42,960 bases of DNA from a virus. The translations under genes and the position numbers were made by a program. The DNA lies in the IMG/VR virus record IMGVR_UViG_3300029578_000023, positions 1-42,960 of that record; one strand, 5' to 3'. Shown in pieces: positions 31,241 to 39,967 of this stretch; the stretch's first letter is position 1; each line of letters starts with the position of its first letter. Below the pieces are notes generated by a model. That model was not told where the DNA came from, ran no database searches, and worked only from the letters and a program-made list of their open reading frames with translations.

Positions 31241-32452
31241 TTAAGAAACGGTAACAGTGGCAGTGCCGGTCTTCGTGCTGTCCTGCTTGGACTTGGCCGT
31301 AACGGTGATACTGGTCTTAGTCTCAGCGGAGTCGATAGTCAGCAAGCCGTCTTCGCTGATCTTGGACTTCGTGCCATTCTGGCTCCACTCGACCTCGCCG
31401 TTGATAATGCCCTCGCCGGTAACAGCAGCAGTAAACGACTTGCTGTCGCCCTTTGCCATCGTCGCGGTAGCGGGCGAGACGGTAACAGTAGAGATGTCGC
31501 CGCCCTTGCCGTAAACAGAGAACGGGAACGGATTTGCCTTTTCCGCGTTGTAGGCGTTGATGGGGTTCGCGATCTCCCAGCCGAGACGCATGACTGCGCG
31601 CAGCGCCACCATATCGTTCTGCATGAGGTTGTAGGTGATAGCCTTCGTGGTGGGATCCTGAATAACGCCCTCGGTGAAGATCTTGAAGGTCATGTCCTGA
31701 CGAATGGCATAGACAAGCTGGCTCCAATCGCCGACGATCATCTGAGCCTGGGCGGGGTCAAACGCACCGTTCATGGGGAAGTACATATCCATGCCGTCCA
31801 GACCGTAGCGGGTAGCGCCCTGCATATCGGTCTTGAAAATAGGCTGGCCGGAAGTGTCGCGGAGACCGCGCAGCTTACCGCGCATCTGGATAGCGGACAT
31901 AACGCCATTGGGGTTGAAGCCGTCCAACTCGACCTTAGAGATTAGACCGCCATCGCCCATCACATCGGCGTAGATGTCAGAACTGATAGGCACGCCGTTA
32001 CCGGCAGCGATGGCAGCGGGAACAACGCCGGTGCGCCAAGTGCTGGGCTTGTTGGTGCCGAACAGGATAGCGGCGTCGATGACCTTGCCGAAAGCCTCGG
32101 TCAGGCGCGGCTTAACTTCGCCCCAAATGTCATAGTCCGCATCGTCGAGTGCCGCCTCGGGAATGGGGACAATGACTGCGATCTCCTCGGCGTACAGTTT
32201 CTTCTTGTCCCACGCCATCTTGGTGGTCTGCTTGAATGCCTCACCTGCGCCGCCGTCAGTGGCTTCGCCATTGACAAAATACGCAGAGGGGAGCGCGTCA
32301 AGCACGTTGATGGTCTGCGTCTTGCTGGACATATTCGCCAGACGACGGCCCATGCGCAGGACAGCGGATTCCGCGATAGCGCCCTGCATGATCTCGCGGG
32401 TTACGGGTTCCGGAATAAGTCCGGAAAGTGCGGAACGATCAATAGTTGCCAT
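31241..32452 (-). CDS. Major capsid protein with C-terminal Ig-like (Big_2-type) domain
   Basis: 403 aa. Follows the scaffold gene. C-terminus VTVSPATATMAKGDSKSFTAAVTGEG ... TATVTVS. Confidence 0.75.
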   Translation of the reverse strand: MATIDRSALSGLIPEPVTREIMQGAIAESAVLRMGRRLANMSSKTQTINVLDALPSAYFVNGEATDGGAGEAFKQTTKMAWDKKKLYAEEIAVIVPIPEAALDDADYDIWGEVKPRLTEAFGKVIDAAILFGTNKPSTWRTGVVPAAIAAGNGVPISSDIYADVMGDGGLISKVELDGFNPNGVMSAIQMRGKLRGLRDTSGQPIFKTDMQGATRYGLDGMDMYFPMNGAFDPAQAQMIVGDWSQLVYAIRQDMTFKIFTEGVIQDPTTKAITYNLMQNDMVALRAVMRLGWEIANPINAYNAEKANPFPFSVYGKGGDISTVTVSPATATMAKGDSKSFTAAVTGEGIINGEVEWSQNGTKSKISEDGLLTIDSAETKTSITVTAKSKQDSTKTGTATVTVS

Positions 32453-32470
32453 GTTGTAATCTCCTTTTCG

Positions 32471-32968
32471 TTACTTGAGTGCGCCGCGGATCAGATTGTT
32501 CATCGCGGCATTATTTGCATTCGGTTTGTCGCCGCCGCCCACAGGAGCCGTCCAGTCAAACTTGACTTTCTGACGATTTTCCGTGAGCTTATCAACGGCC
32601 TGCTCAAAAGTGGTCTTGTCGTCCATCATCCTGAGAGCCTTAAACGCGATAAACTCCGCTTCCTCGCCGGTTAGCCCCTTGGAAAGCACATACTTCTCGC
32701 GCTTGAGCTGCTGAACTTCGGCCTGCGCTGCGGTCAGGGCGGACTTGTTATCCGCAAACTCCTTTTCGCGCTTTGCCTGCCGCTCCTGCTCGGTCTGCTG
32801 ACTGTCTTTCCATGTGCGATACGCGGTCATCTCGTCCTCGCTGGGGTACTTTCTCCGTTCCCGGTCAAGCCTCGCCTGAATCATCTTGTCAACATCAGCC
32901 TGAGTGAACGTCTTTTCCTGCTCTTGCGCAGTCGTTCCCGTGCTCTGCACGGTGGTTTCTTCTGCCAT
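32471..32968 (-). CDS. Scaffolding protein
   Basis: 165 aa, helical and charged, directly upstream of the capsid gene. Confidence 0.65.
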   Translation of the reverse strand: MAEETTVQSTGTTAQEQEKTFTQADVDKMIQARLDRERRKYPSEDEMTAYRTWKDSQQTEQERQAKREKEFADNKSALTAAQAEVQQLKREKYVLSKGLTGEEAEFIAFKALRMMDDKTTFEQAVDKLTENRQKVKFDWTAPVGGGDKPNANNAAMNNLIRGALK

Positions 32969-33004
32969 AAAAATCTCCTTGTTTAACGACCTGTCGGTCA
33001 GTGT

Positions 33005-33053
33005 TGATAAAACAAAAGAGCCAACCTGTAAGCGTTCCTTACAAGTTGGCTCC
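33005..33053 (-). terminator. Strong intrinsic terminator inside the late gene string
   Basis: gagccaacttgtaag gaacg cttacaggttggctc followed by ttttgtttt (minus sense). Confidence 0.7.
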
Positions 33054-33072
33054 TATTGCCCTTTCCCGCGCC

Positions 33073-33210
33073 CTATTGCGCGGGAGTGCTATATTTAATT
33101 GTTTTCTTCACCTCTAAGACAATGTACCCATCGCCTTTTCGTCGTATCTCTGCATCGTTGCCGCGCTTTAGAATAGCTTGCACGGCCTTGATGGCTTCGT
33201 CAAAGTTCAA
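33073..33210 (-). CDS. Possible 45-aa protein
   Basis: (TTG)NFDEAIKAVQAILKRGNDAEIRRKGDGYIVLEVKKTIKYSTPAQ. Overlaps the MuF stop. Confidence 0.35.
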   Translation of the reverse strand: MNFDEAIKAVQAILKRGNDAEIRRKGDGYIVLEVKKTIKYSTPAQ

Positions 33211-34406
33211 TATTGCATCTTCGTCCTTTCCCACTGTTCAGGCAGCCCCGCAGCCTCGCTGAACGCCTTGTATTTCGCGTTTAACCGCCGTAGCCGTATG
33301 TTTACCGCCCGTTCTTTTTCCGTCAATCCTGCGGCCTTGTAAGCGGCTTTCTCGCGCTTTAGATTACGGATTGTCCGCTCTACGCGCCGTTGCATCTGTG
33401 TTGCTTCGTATGCGGTGTATGTTTTCCCCTCAAAAGTGCAGCCGAGCCCATCGTCGATATGCTCAAGCTGCTTATCGGTATAGGTGCGCTCCATAACTCC
33501 TTCAACAAACGCCGACCAGCTATGCCGACAATTTGCTCCAAGAATACCGGTCACATCTCCAATGCCGCATGTGCTTTCAAAATCTGGATATTCCCCTTTT
33601 GACGCGTCGGGGTATTTCTTTGTAAATTCAGCCCATCGATACAGTTTGCCTTGCCATTTTTTGTGGTTTTCCCACCCTTTAGGCCCATCGATATCACGCG
33701 CTCCGGCGTGCGCCTCTACTTGCACAAGGTCGGTTTGCAAAAAGTCCATAGACTGTTCCGAGTATTTACGGTTTAGCTGATTTACCGCCGTCATAACCGC
33801 GCGGCGGGCAGCCACATCGATCTGGTCGCGGTGTCCGCTCTCATAATCCACGACTTTTAGGCCGCTTTGCGCCAACTGACGCACCGCCGATTTGATAGCC
33901 TGATTGTAGCTGATAGCGCCGCTCTGGATTTGCATTGTAGCGTTATCCAGCGCCCATTGGTATGCTTTGGCAGGTGACAGCATTGTGCGCCCAGCGTCCA
34001 CTAAAAAGCCCATTGAGCGCGTTATGTTGCGCATGGTCTGCTTCGTCTGCTCGTATATTGCCCAGGTGTCCTCAATGCTCACCAGCGTTTCCGGCTTCGT
34101 TATATGGGTAAGGTCGATAAGGTCGGTGTAATACTTCTGATTCCGCTCTACCACATCGTCAAGCAACTCTTTCAGCTTTTTTTCGCTGATGCCAGCGGTC
34201 TTGCGGATTGCCTTTTCAATGTCCTTTAGTTCAATGCCGTGTGAACGCAGCGCCCTAATATCCTGCACCGTGACTTCGTTGAGCTGGTCTGCCAACTTCA
34301 AGCGGCTGCATATCTCGTCAAGCAGCGTATCTTCAAGAGACCGGAACAGCTCTGCCAGTTCTTCCGGGAGTGCGTCAAGAACTTCCGGCCGAAACGGATA
34401 TTTCAT
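33207..34406 (-). CDS. MuF / SPP1 gp7-like minor head protein
   Basis: 399 aa. Lies near the portal, with a conserved central region AISYNQAIKSAVRQLAQSGL ... VEAHAGARD. Confidence 0.7.
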   Translation of the reverse strand: MKYPFRPEVLDALPEELAELFRSLEDTLLDEICSRLKLADQLNEVTVQDIRALRSHGIELKDIEKAIRKTAGISEKKLKELLDDVVERNQKYYTDLIDLTHITKPETLVSIEDTWAIYEQTKQTMRNITRSMGFLVDAGRTMLSPAKAYQWALDNATMQIQSGAISYNQAIKSAVRQLAQSGLKVVDYESGHRDQIDVAARRAVMTAVNQLNRKYSEQSMDFLQTDLVQVEAHAGARDIDGPKGWENHKKWQGKLYRWAEFTKKYPDASKGEYPDFESTCGIGDVTGILGANCRHSWSAFVEGVMERTYTDKQLEHIDDGLGCTFEGKTYTAYEATQMQRRVERTIRNLKREKAAYKAAGLTEKERAVNIRLRRLNAKYKAFSEAAGLPEQWERTKMQY

Positions 34407-35022
34407 TTGCTTTCCTCCGTTTCACAATCTCGTCATAATGCGGCTTCACGCGGATTACATTCCAGTCGCATTCTTCCGGCACTTTCCCGTAGAATATCAC
34501 CCATTCCGGCGATAGCCGCTTCATCATTTCCTCGTAACCGCGCAGAAACAGCCGCTTGCTTTCCTTGTTCTTCTGTGTCCCTACCGAACTAACCGCCACA
34601 ACACCGCCGACAGGCTCGCCATCAAAGCACCAATCGTAACTATCCTCGTTGCTCCATGAAATAGAGGGATAAACCGTCATACCGTGGAGCTGCCAGTATG
34701 CCGCCAGCCAGTGTTTTCGGTAATGGTTGTATATCTGCATCGCCAACGGCATATCTGTGTAGGTGGAGAAGTCCGGCGCACACACCGCCGTAAACTGTGA
34801 CAGTTTTGGGATATATTTATCAGGCGCATTCCAGTGCCGAATAAAAAGCGTATCGTCCACGAAAAAATGAACGATCTTGCTTTGCGTATCTTTGGCTGTG
34901 TAATGGTAATTTACGGGGATAAACTCGCCTTGTGGGTATGCCTTGACCGGCTCGATCTGCGGAATATCGTACTTGCCCACGCCGAGGAATGTGAACTTAT
35001 CAAGATTTTCAAAGTTAATCAT
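34375..35022 (-). CDS. DUF4417-like protein
   Basis: 215 aa from MINFENL. VHFFVDDTLFIRHWN ... APDFSTYTDMPLAMQIYNHYRKHW ... VYPSISW. GGGGG RBS. Confidence 0.6.
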   Translation of the reverse strand: MINFENLDKFTFLGVGKYDIPQIEPVKAYPQGEFIPVNYHYTAKDTQSKIVHFFVDDTLFIRHWNAPDKYIPKLSQFTAVCAPDFSTYTDMPLAMQIYNHYRKHWLAAYWQLHGMTVYPSISWSNEDSYDWCFDGEPVGGVVAVSSVGTQKNKESKRLFLRGYEEMMKRLSPEWVIFYGKVPEECDWNVIRVKPHYDEIVKRRKANEISVSAGSS

Positions 35023-35032
35023 AAATCCCCCA

Positions 35033-35076
35033 GCAAACAAAAATGCCGCAAGATACATTTCTGTACCTTACGGCAT
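35033..35076 (-). terminator. Intrinsic terminator after the toxin-like gene
   Basis: atgccgta ... tgcggcat followed by ttttgtttg (minus sense). Confidence 0.5.
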
Positions 35077-35135
35077 AGCAAGCGCCCGGATTCTAACCGG
35101 AGTTCCCGCAGTCACGGTGTAATCACCCTATACGA

Positions 35136-35522
35136 CTACTTGCTATGCCTATTATACCAAGCCTTTTTTACGAATGCAACCAGCTTCTTTTCTTCCGCAG
35201 TCAAGCCCCTTGTGCCGCCCTCATCGTGATAATACCCGATGTGCGTGTGCACTCCCTTGAATTGCTCATGGCTATGCAGAAGATTGATTGTTTTTAGACG
35301 CTTTCCATCTGCACCGTAATAGCTGATTGCATTGATTTTTCCCTCATCGTTTATCGTTGCGTAAATGCGCCCTTTGGTCATAGTTTCCAATGGGTCTTTT
35401 GCGTTCAATGCCGCATTTTGCTTTACAAACTTTACGTTCCCGGCTTTTAGAAGCGTCCTAAACTCGCTCCCGTAAGGCTTGCCCTTTTCGCTCATGCCGC
35501 TGCTTGCGCCGCGTCCGCCCAT
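35136..35522 (-). CDS. MGGRG-headed protein 2 (resembles domains found fused to MuF proteins)
   Basis: 128 aa. MGGRGASSGMSEKGKPYGSEFRTL ... HSHEQFKGVHTHIGYYHDEGG ... LTAEEKKLVAFV. TAATG overlap. Confidence 0.6.
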   Translation of the reverse strand: MGGRGASSGMSEKGKPYGSEFRTLLKAGNVKFVKQNAALNAKDPLETMTKGRIYATINDEGKINAISYYGADGKRLKTINLLHSHEQFKGVHTHIGYYHDEGGTRGLTAEEKKLVAFVKKAWYNRHSK

Positions 35523-36061
35523 TAAACGGGTCTCCATGTACCGCTACGCTTGTTAGCCCTGCGGTATTTCTTTCCGTTTACCGTAACTTCCAACGCGCCG
35601 GACTTTTGTGCTGTTACAAAGGCATTGGAAAACGCCTTGTTTTCTGCTGCTTTGCGGTTTTTACTGGACTGGTCACGCAATTTCCGCATGTAGCTATCCA
35701 TTTCACCGCGCGCTCTTGCAGCTCTGTCTGCGGCGCTTCCTGTTTTCTGCGCCGTTGTCAGGCGCGCAGGCCCGCTTGCGTAAGGATTGACTGCTCCTGC
35801 CGCCGTTTTTAGTGCCGTTGTTGCGAGAGTTGCCATCTGCTTTACTGCGTCTTTCTTTTCAGCGTCCGACAGCTCAAGCCCATTAATTTCAGCAGCGTTG
35901 CGCTCGAATGTGCGCCTGATAATATCGCCCATATCAGTGACAGACGCAGCGTTTGCTCGGTTAATATCCTGCTGTGACAAAAAGCGCGCAAGGCTCATAC
36001 CGCGCCCACGCCCAAATTCTCCGGCTCCAGCGCCGCCACCGGCTCCACCTCTACCGCCCAT
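35522..36061 (-). CDS. MGGRG-headed protein 1, hypothetical
   Basis: 179 aa. MGGRGGAGGGAGAGEFGRGRGMS. TGATG overlap with the portal stop. Confidence 0.55.
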   Translation of the reverse strand: MGGRGGAGGGAGAGEFGRGRGMSLARFLSQQDINRANAASVTDMGDIIRRTFERNAAEINGLELSDAEKKDAVKQMATLATTALKTAAGAVNPYASGPARLTTAQKTGSAADRAARARGEMDSYMRKLRDQSSKNRKAAENKAFSNAFVTAQKSGALEVTVNGKKYRRANKRSGTWRPV

Positions 36062-37491
36062 CACTCTACCTCCGTTTCTTCCTCGGTCGTCATGTCCTTC
36101 ATCTTAGGCAGCGCCGCCTTTGCGGTTGCCTCGTCCTCGTTTTTGTACGTCATGCGCATTTCATAATCGTTGAGGATCCCAGCAGACAAAAGCTGCATAT
36201 CGCGCGCAAACTCAGCGTCTTTGTCCTGGAAAATACTGTCGTCAAAATCAATACTAATTTCAATATTTTCATCCAGTCCGGCGTTCATGGTCGTATTGCC
36301 CAGTCGGAGGAGAACCCTACAAAGTTCAACAAGCACCTGCTCCAAGATGATCTGGTGCTTTCCTCGCGTCTTTGCAAGCTCACTGTGCGTACTGATAACC
36401 TGCGTCGCAGTCGCCATTACGGCTTGGTCGATCTGATAAAAGTTCGTGCCAAAGCCGCACTTGCTCCCCAAGATATTAAGCGCGAACTGAACCCCGACAC
36501 TTAACTTATCGGAGTTAAGTGTCATGTCGATTGGCTGAATAACCGCCCCATCGCTTACATCTTCTGGCATAACGTAGTACACAAGATCGTTTTCATCAAA
36601 CGCCGGTGTACCATCAAGAAATTTACTCGCCGCAGGCTTAACCATAATGCGTTTTTTGCCCATCACGAACTCATTGATGTAAGCATCATAGGCAATATCG
36701 GCACCTTCGAGTGCATCGATAGCATTGGCATAAACCGAAATGCCGGTTGGAAGCAAATAGTTGAAGTTATTCGCAATGTTAAGTCGGTCAATGACAAATT
36801 GACGCTTATCGCTTCCGGTATGTACAACAGGGGGGATGCGCTCAAAGCCCTTAACATTGGTCAGTGCTTCGTCTGCAAGTTGCTCATTATCATACCGATA
36901 AATGCGGTTCTCAATGACGTATTCGCCGCCATCCTCTTTTCTATGGATTTGCAGATAGAGGTAATCGCGCCCGCCCCTTGTAATTACAGAGGAAAACGCG
37001 CACTCGCTGATATATCCGTTCTGCCATGCCAGCGGGTAGATATTTTCGATAGTCACATAGTCCAGCACAATGCCGGATGTATTGCCGGGTACGATCTCGC
37101 CGCTCTCGTTGACCTCCTGCCCCACTACGCGGGGAATGTATGCCACCGTGCCAAGCGCAGACTTCATTTCCTGCATCTCATTCGCCTTAACAGCAAAATT
37201 GTTCTCCGTCAAGATGCGGTCAATAAATTCCTGCTCCTTATTCCCTTCAAGCGTTATCTGCACTTTTTCGTTCATGAGCAGATTCGCCCAATCCTCGCAC
37301 AGTTTCTTTCCCATTCCAAGGGAATACCGCTTGCAGTTGACCATGCTTTCACCGTTACGGACGCGGTAATTGTGGAAGCCCTTTACATTTCCCTGATACC
37401 AGCTTTTCCACTCCGCAACCTTGCTGTAAAACGATTCGGGGATCGTGGTATAGCCAAGCTCGTTAAGTTTTAAGATAACTGCATTGCTCAT
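36061..37491 (-). CDS. Portal protein
   Basis: 476 aa, immediately after terL. ATGA overlap. Confidence 0.85.
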   Translation of the reverse strand: MSNAVILKLNELGYTTIPESFYSKVAEWKSWYQGNVKGFHNYRVRNGESMVNCKRYSLGMGKKLCEDWANLLMNEKVQITLEGNKEQEFIDRILTENNFAVKANEMQEMKSALGTVAYIPRVVGQEVNESGEIVPGNTSGIVLDYVTIENIYPLAWQNGYISECAFSSVITRGGRDYLYLQIHRKEDGGEYVIENRIYRYDNEQLADEALTNVKGFERIPPVVHTGSDKRQFVIDRLNIANNFNYLLPTGISVYANAIDALEGADIAYDAYINEFVMGKKRIMVKPAASKFLDGTPAFDENDLVYYVMPEDVSDGAVIQPIDMTLNSDKLSVGVQFALNILGSKCGFGTNFYQIDQAVMATATQVISTHSELAKTRGKHQIILEQVLVELCRVLLRLGNTTMNAGLDENIEISIDFDDSIFQDKDAEFARDMQLLSAGILNDYEMRMTYKNEDEATAKAALPKMKDMTTEEETEVE

Positions 37492-38729
37492 GCGATAACT
37501 CCCATCCGGCGAGAAATCCGCTCTAAAGCGTATCTTGTGGCATCAATCAAATGGTTATTTGCATCAGGATACCCGCTGATGATGTCGCCGTCTTTATTCC
37601 GTTCGTATTCGTAATTTACAAACTCTTTATACGCGTTTGGTGTCCGGCGGCGGTCAATGACGATCTTGCGCCTCTGTAGCCACTTCATGCCGTAGTCCAC
37701 GGAGCCGGGGCCTTTGATAGCCTCCTTTGCCGGAAGGCCAAGCGCCCGATAATCCGCAGTGCTCTTCGGCTCTGCGCTGTCACACGTGATGTACGCGTCG
37801 CCATATCCGCACCCTTTGATAATTCCGCCGCTCTCCTCGTTTGTCAGCTTATTTTTATAAATCTCGTCAATAAAGTAGATTGTCTCCCGCGCCCGGTCGT
37901 AGTGTAGCCGGATAAACGCAAATGGATCTGGATACCATCCCCAGTCAACACCTTGGTATATCTGGTCGAAGCTCCCGATCTCCTTGTCCGTAATCTCTCG
38001 CAGCTCCAAATTTTCAAACACATTTCCACCCGTGCCGACCGGAATGCCAAGATACTCGTGCTGATATGCACGCTCGTCTGTCTCTTTGAGGTGTTCCGCT
38101 TCTGCAAGAAACTGTTCTCCCAGCCATTCAGGCGGTGCTTGCAGATACGTTGACTTGTGGCACATCCGGTCAGCTCGTTCTTCCAAGCTGTCCTTGTTCG
38201 CCCAGTTGTCGCGCGAGATCGGCGGGTTATAGCTTTCGAAATTCCAGAAAACCGAGCCGCCACGCATGGTGGACTGCAGAATGTTTCGGATTTCCGCGCG
38301 ACCGGCAAACTGGTCTTTCTCTTCAAAATGCGTCATGGCGATATAGCCAAACGGTACTTTGATAGACTTGATCTTCATCGGGTCATCAGCGCCACGGAAC
38401 ATGATCTTTTGTCCTGTCGGCTTGTAGACCAGCTCCATTGGGGAAACCTTTGCTTCCCAATACGCTGCCATGCCCAGCTCCCCGATTGCCCAAATGTACT
38501 GCGCATAAACGCTATCGCGGATCGTATTTGCCACTTTGCGCAAGACGAGCGCGTGAGTGCCTGGATTCCCGACCAGCAAAATAGGAACAAGGATCGATAC
38601 CGTGGAAGATTTCAGTGAACCGCGCCCGCCGCTAAAATCGTAGTGCGTATGCCCATGATGAAAAATGTCATGAGCAATATCGTAAAACGCAGGTCCGATT
38701 TTCTCGGATAAACGAATGTCAGACATCAA
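37488..38729 (-). CDS. terL: Terminase large subunit (PBSX/Terminase_3-like)
   Basis: 413 aa, DFSGGRGSLKSSTVS (Walker A-like), with a nuclease C-terminal half. Confidence 0.9.
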   Translation of the reverse strand: MMSDIRLSEKIGPAFYDIAHDIFHHGHTHYDFSGGRGSLKSSTVSILVPILLVGNPGTHALVLRKVANTIRDSVYAQYIWAIGELGMAAYWEAKVSPMELVYKPTGQKIMFRGADDPMKIKSIKVPFGYIAMTHFEEKDQFAGRAEIRNILQSTMRGGSVFWNFESYNPPISRDNWANKDSLEERADRMCHKSTYLQAPPEWLGEQFLAEAEHLKETDERAYQHEYLGIPVGTGGNVFENLELREITDKEIGSFDQIYQGVDWGWYPDPFAFIRLHYDRARETIYFIDEIYKNKLTNEESGGIIKGCGYGDAYITCDSAEPKSTADYRALGLPAKEAIKGPGSVDYGMKWLQRRKIVIDRRRTPNAYKEFVNYEYERNKDGDIISGYPDANNHLIDATRYALERISRRMGVIA

Positions 38730-39090
38730 TAATCACCTTGACAACGGAATCGGCGCTTGTGTTGTCTTGCTTGTCGAACACACCCGTATGCTTCGCCAGC
38801 ATTTCAAGTGCTTTTAGCTTATTCGCATATTTCAAATCGCTTTCCGTGCAATCAGACGCAGGCTTGTCTGCGATTTCTTTGAGTTTTTCTATAACATAGT
38901 CCTGCGTTACTTCCGTCCGTTTCTGTCTTTCTGCCTTTGCTTTTTGGATAGCAGCCGAAACGTTACTATTCGTAACTAACTGCCTACCCTTTTCAGCATT
39001 CTTGTAACCGGCTCTCGCGGCGGCCTGAGTGGCATTTAAGTCCACAAGGTACTCTTGCACAAATCTCTCTTGCTTTGCTGTTAATGGCAC
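38719..39090 (-). CDS. terS: Terminase small subunit (Terminase_2-like)
   Basis: 123 aa. LTAKQERFVQEYLVDLNATQAAARAGY. GTG start. Confidence 0.85.
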   Translation of the reverse strand: MPLTAKQERFVQEYLVDLNATQAAARAGYKNAEKGRQLVTNSNVSAAIQKAKAERQKRTEVTQDYVIEKLKEIADKPASDCTESDLKYANKLKALEMLAKHTGVFDKQDNTSADSVVKVIIDV

Positions 39091-39655
39091 TCGTCACCAC
39101 CTCTCTTGTCGCATTTTTTTGCTACCAGCCCCCACCCCTCGGCCTTACATAGCAGACTTTACCCACCCCGAAGGGCATACACTTACTGGCTCAGGCTCGC
39201 CCGGTGTTGTCGCCGATTTGGCATGATTTAATCGCTCACCCCATGCTCACGCGAACCATTATTGCCGCACTTTCAGGCGGGCGCTTTGCCCATTGCCAAA
39301 GGCAGCGGCTCTCCTCTTTTGGTACGGCGAGACGGTATTGAGCCGCCACACGTCCGCAATGTTGCCTATAGCCATTGCTTCCGCTTCTGCTTCTGCACGC
39401 CGCATATGTCCCCGCTGGGCCACATCGTTGAGAGGTGCGCGGGGTCCTGTGCCGCATGAGAGGTGCGACCTCTCGGCCCTGATCGTGGGCTGCATCGCGC
39501 GTGCGGCATGATGCGGGAGCGGCGTGAAAAAGATGAAAAAGCACCGCCCCCGCTATGGCGCAGGAGGTAAACGCCATAAATGAGAGAACCGCAAAGGCTT
39601 TTGCACCTCTGCGATTCTATTATCTCATAAGCAAATGGCTTTTTAAGGCCAACTT
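39091..39655. other. 565-bp GC-rich non-coding region with nested stems (candidate structured RNA or packaging/late-promoter region)
   Basis: No credible ORF. Hairpin gagaggt-gcg-acctctc (39459-39475). Nested complementarity tgccgca (39450-39456) / tgcggca (39502-39508) and cacgccgc (39396-39403) / gcggcgtg (39519-39526). Confidence 0.5.
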
Positions 39656-39967
39656 TTAATCATCGAGCAGCCCGTAGTTCCGTGCGACGCACTTAATGAA
39701 ATCCGTATGCCATCGTCTCGCCGTCCGGTCGGAACAGTTGACCGCCATTGCCGCCCCTTCGAGCGTGTGGGTTTTGTCCCAGAACACGAGGCGAATAAAT
39801 TTCAAGCGCTCTTCGCCGTCTTGCATTGACCTTGTTTCGCTCACCGCTTTTCGCACAGCGTTGTTTTCTAACAAAGCCACTCCATGCAACTCCTGCTCTC
39901 GATCTGGGTCGTAGCGACGGATAATGGCTTTTACATAGCCCCACCAACTATACCGAGGTTTACTCAT
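39656..39967 (-). CDS. Putative late-gene transcriptional activator (RinA/ArpU-like, sigma r4-type HTH)
   Basis: 103 aa. LKFIRLVFWDKTHTLEGAAMAVNCSDRTARRWHTDFIKCVA. Lies upstream of the terminase genes. Confidence 0.55.
   Translation of the reverse strand: MSKPRYSWWGYVKAIIRRYDPDREQELHGVALLENNAVRKAVSETRSMQDGEERLKFIRLVFWDKTHTLEGAAMAVNCSDRTARRWHTDFIKCVARNYGLLDD

Noticed and set aside
35072-35149. Possible tRNA gene (acceptor-like stem plus T-arm-like hairpin).
   Set aside because: No anticodon stem-loop can be formed, the D-arm is poor and there is no CCA or discriminator context. It is reported only as a structured spacer.
39236-39577. Minus-strand ORFs of 113 and 78 aa, and plus-strand ORFs, inside the terS-upstream region.
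   Set aside because: Their composition (R/A/C/G-rich) is unlike any other protein in this phage, they have no RBS, and they overlap in several frames. The region is treated as non-coding.
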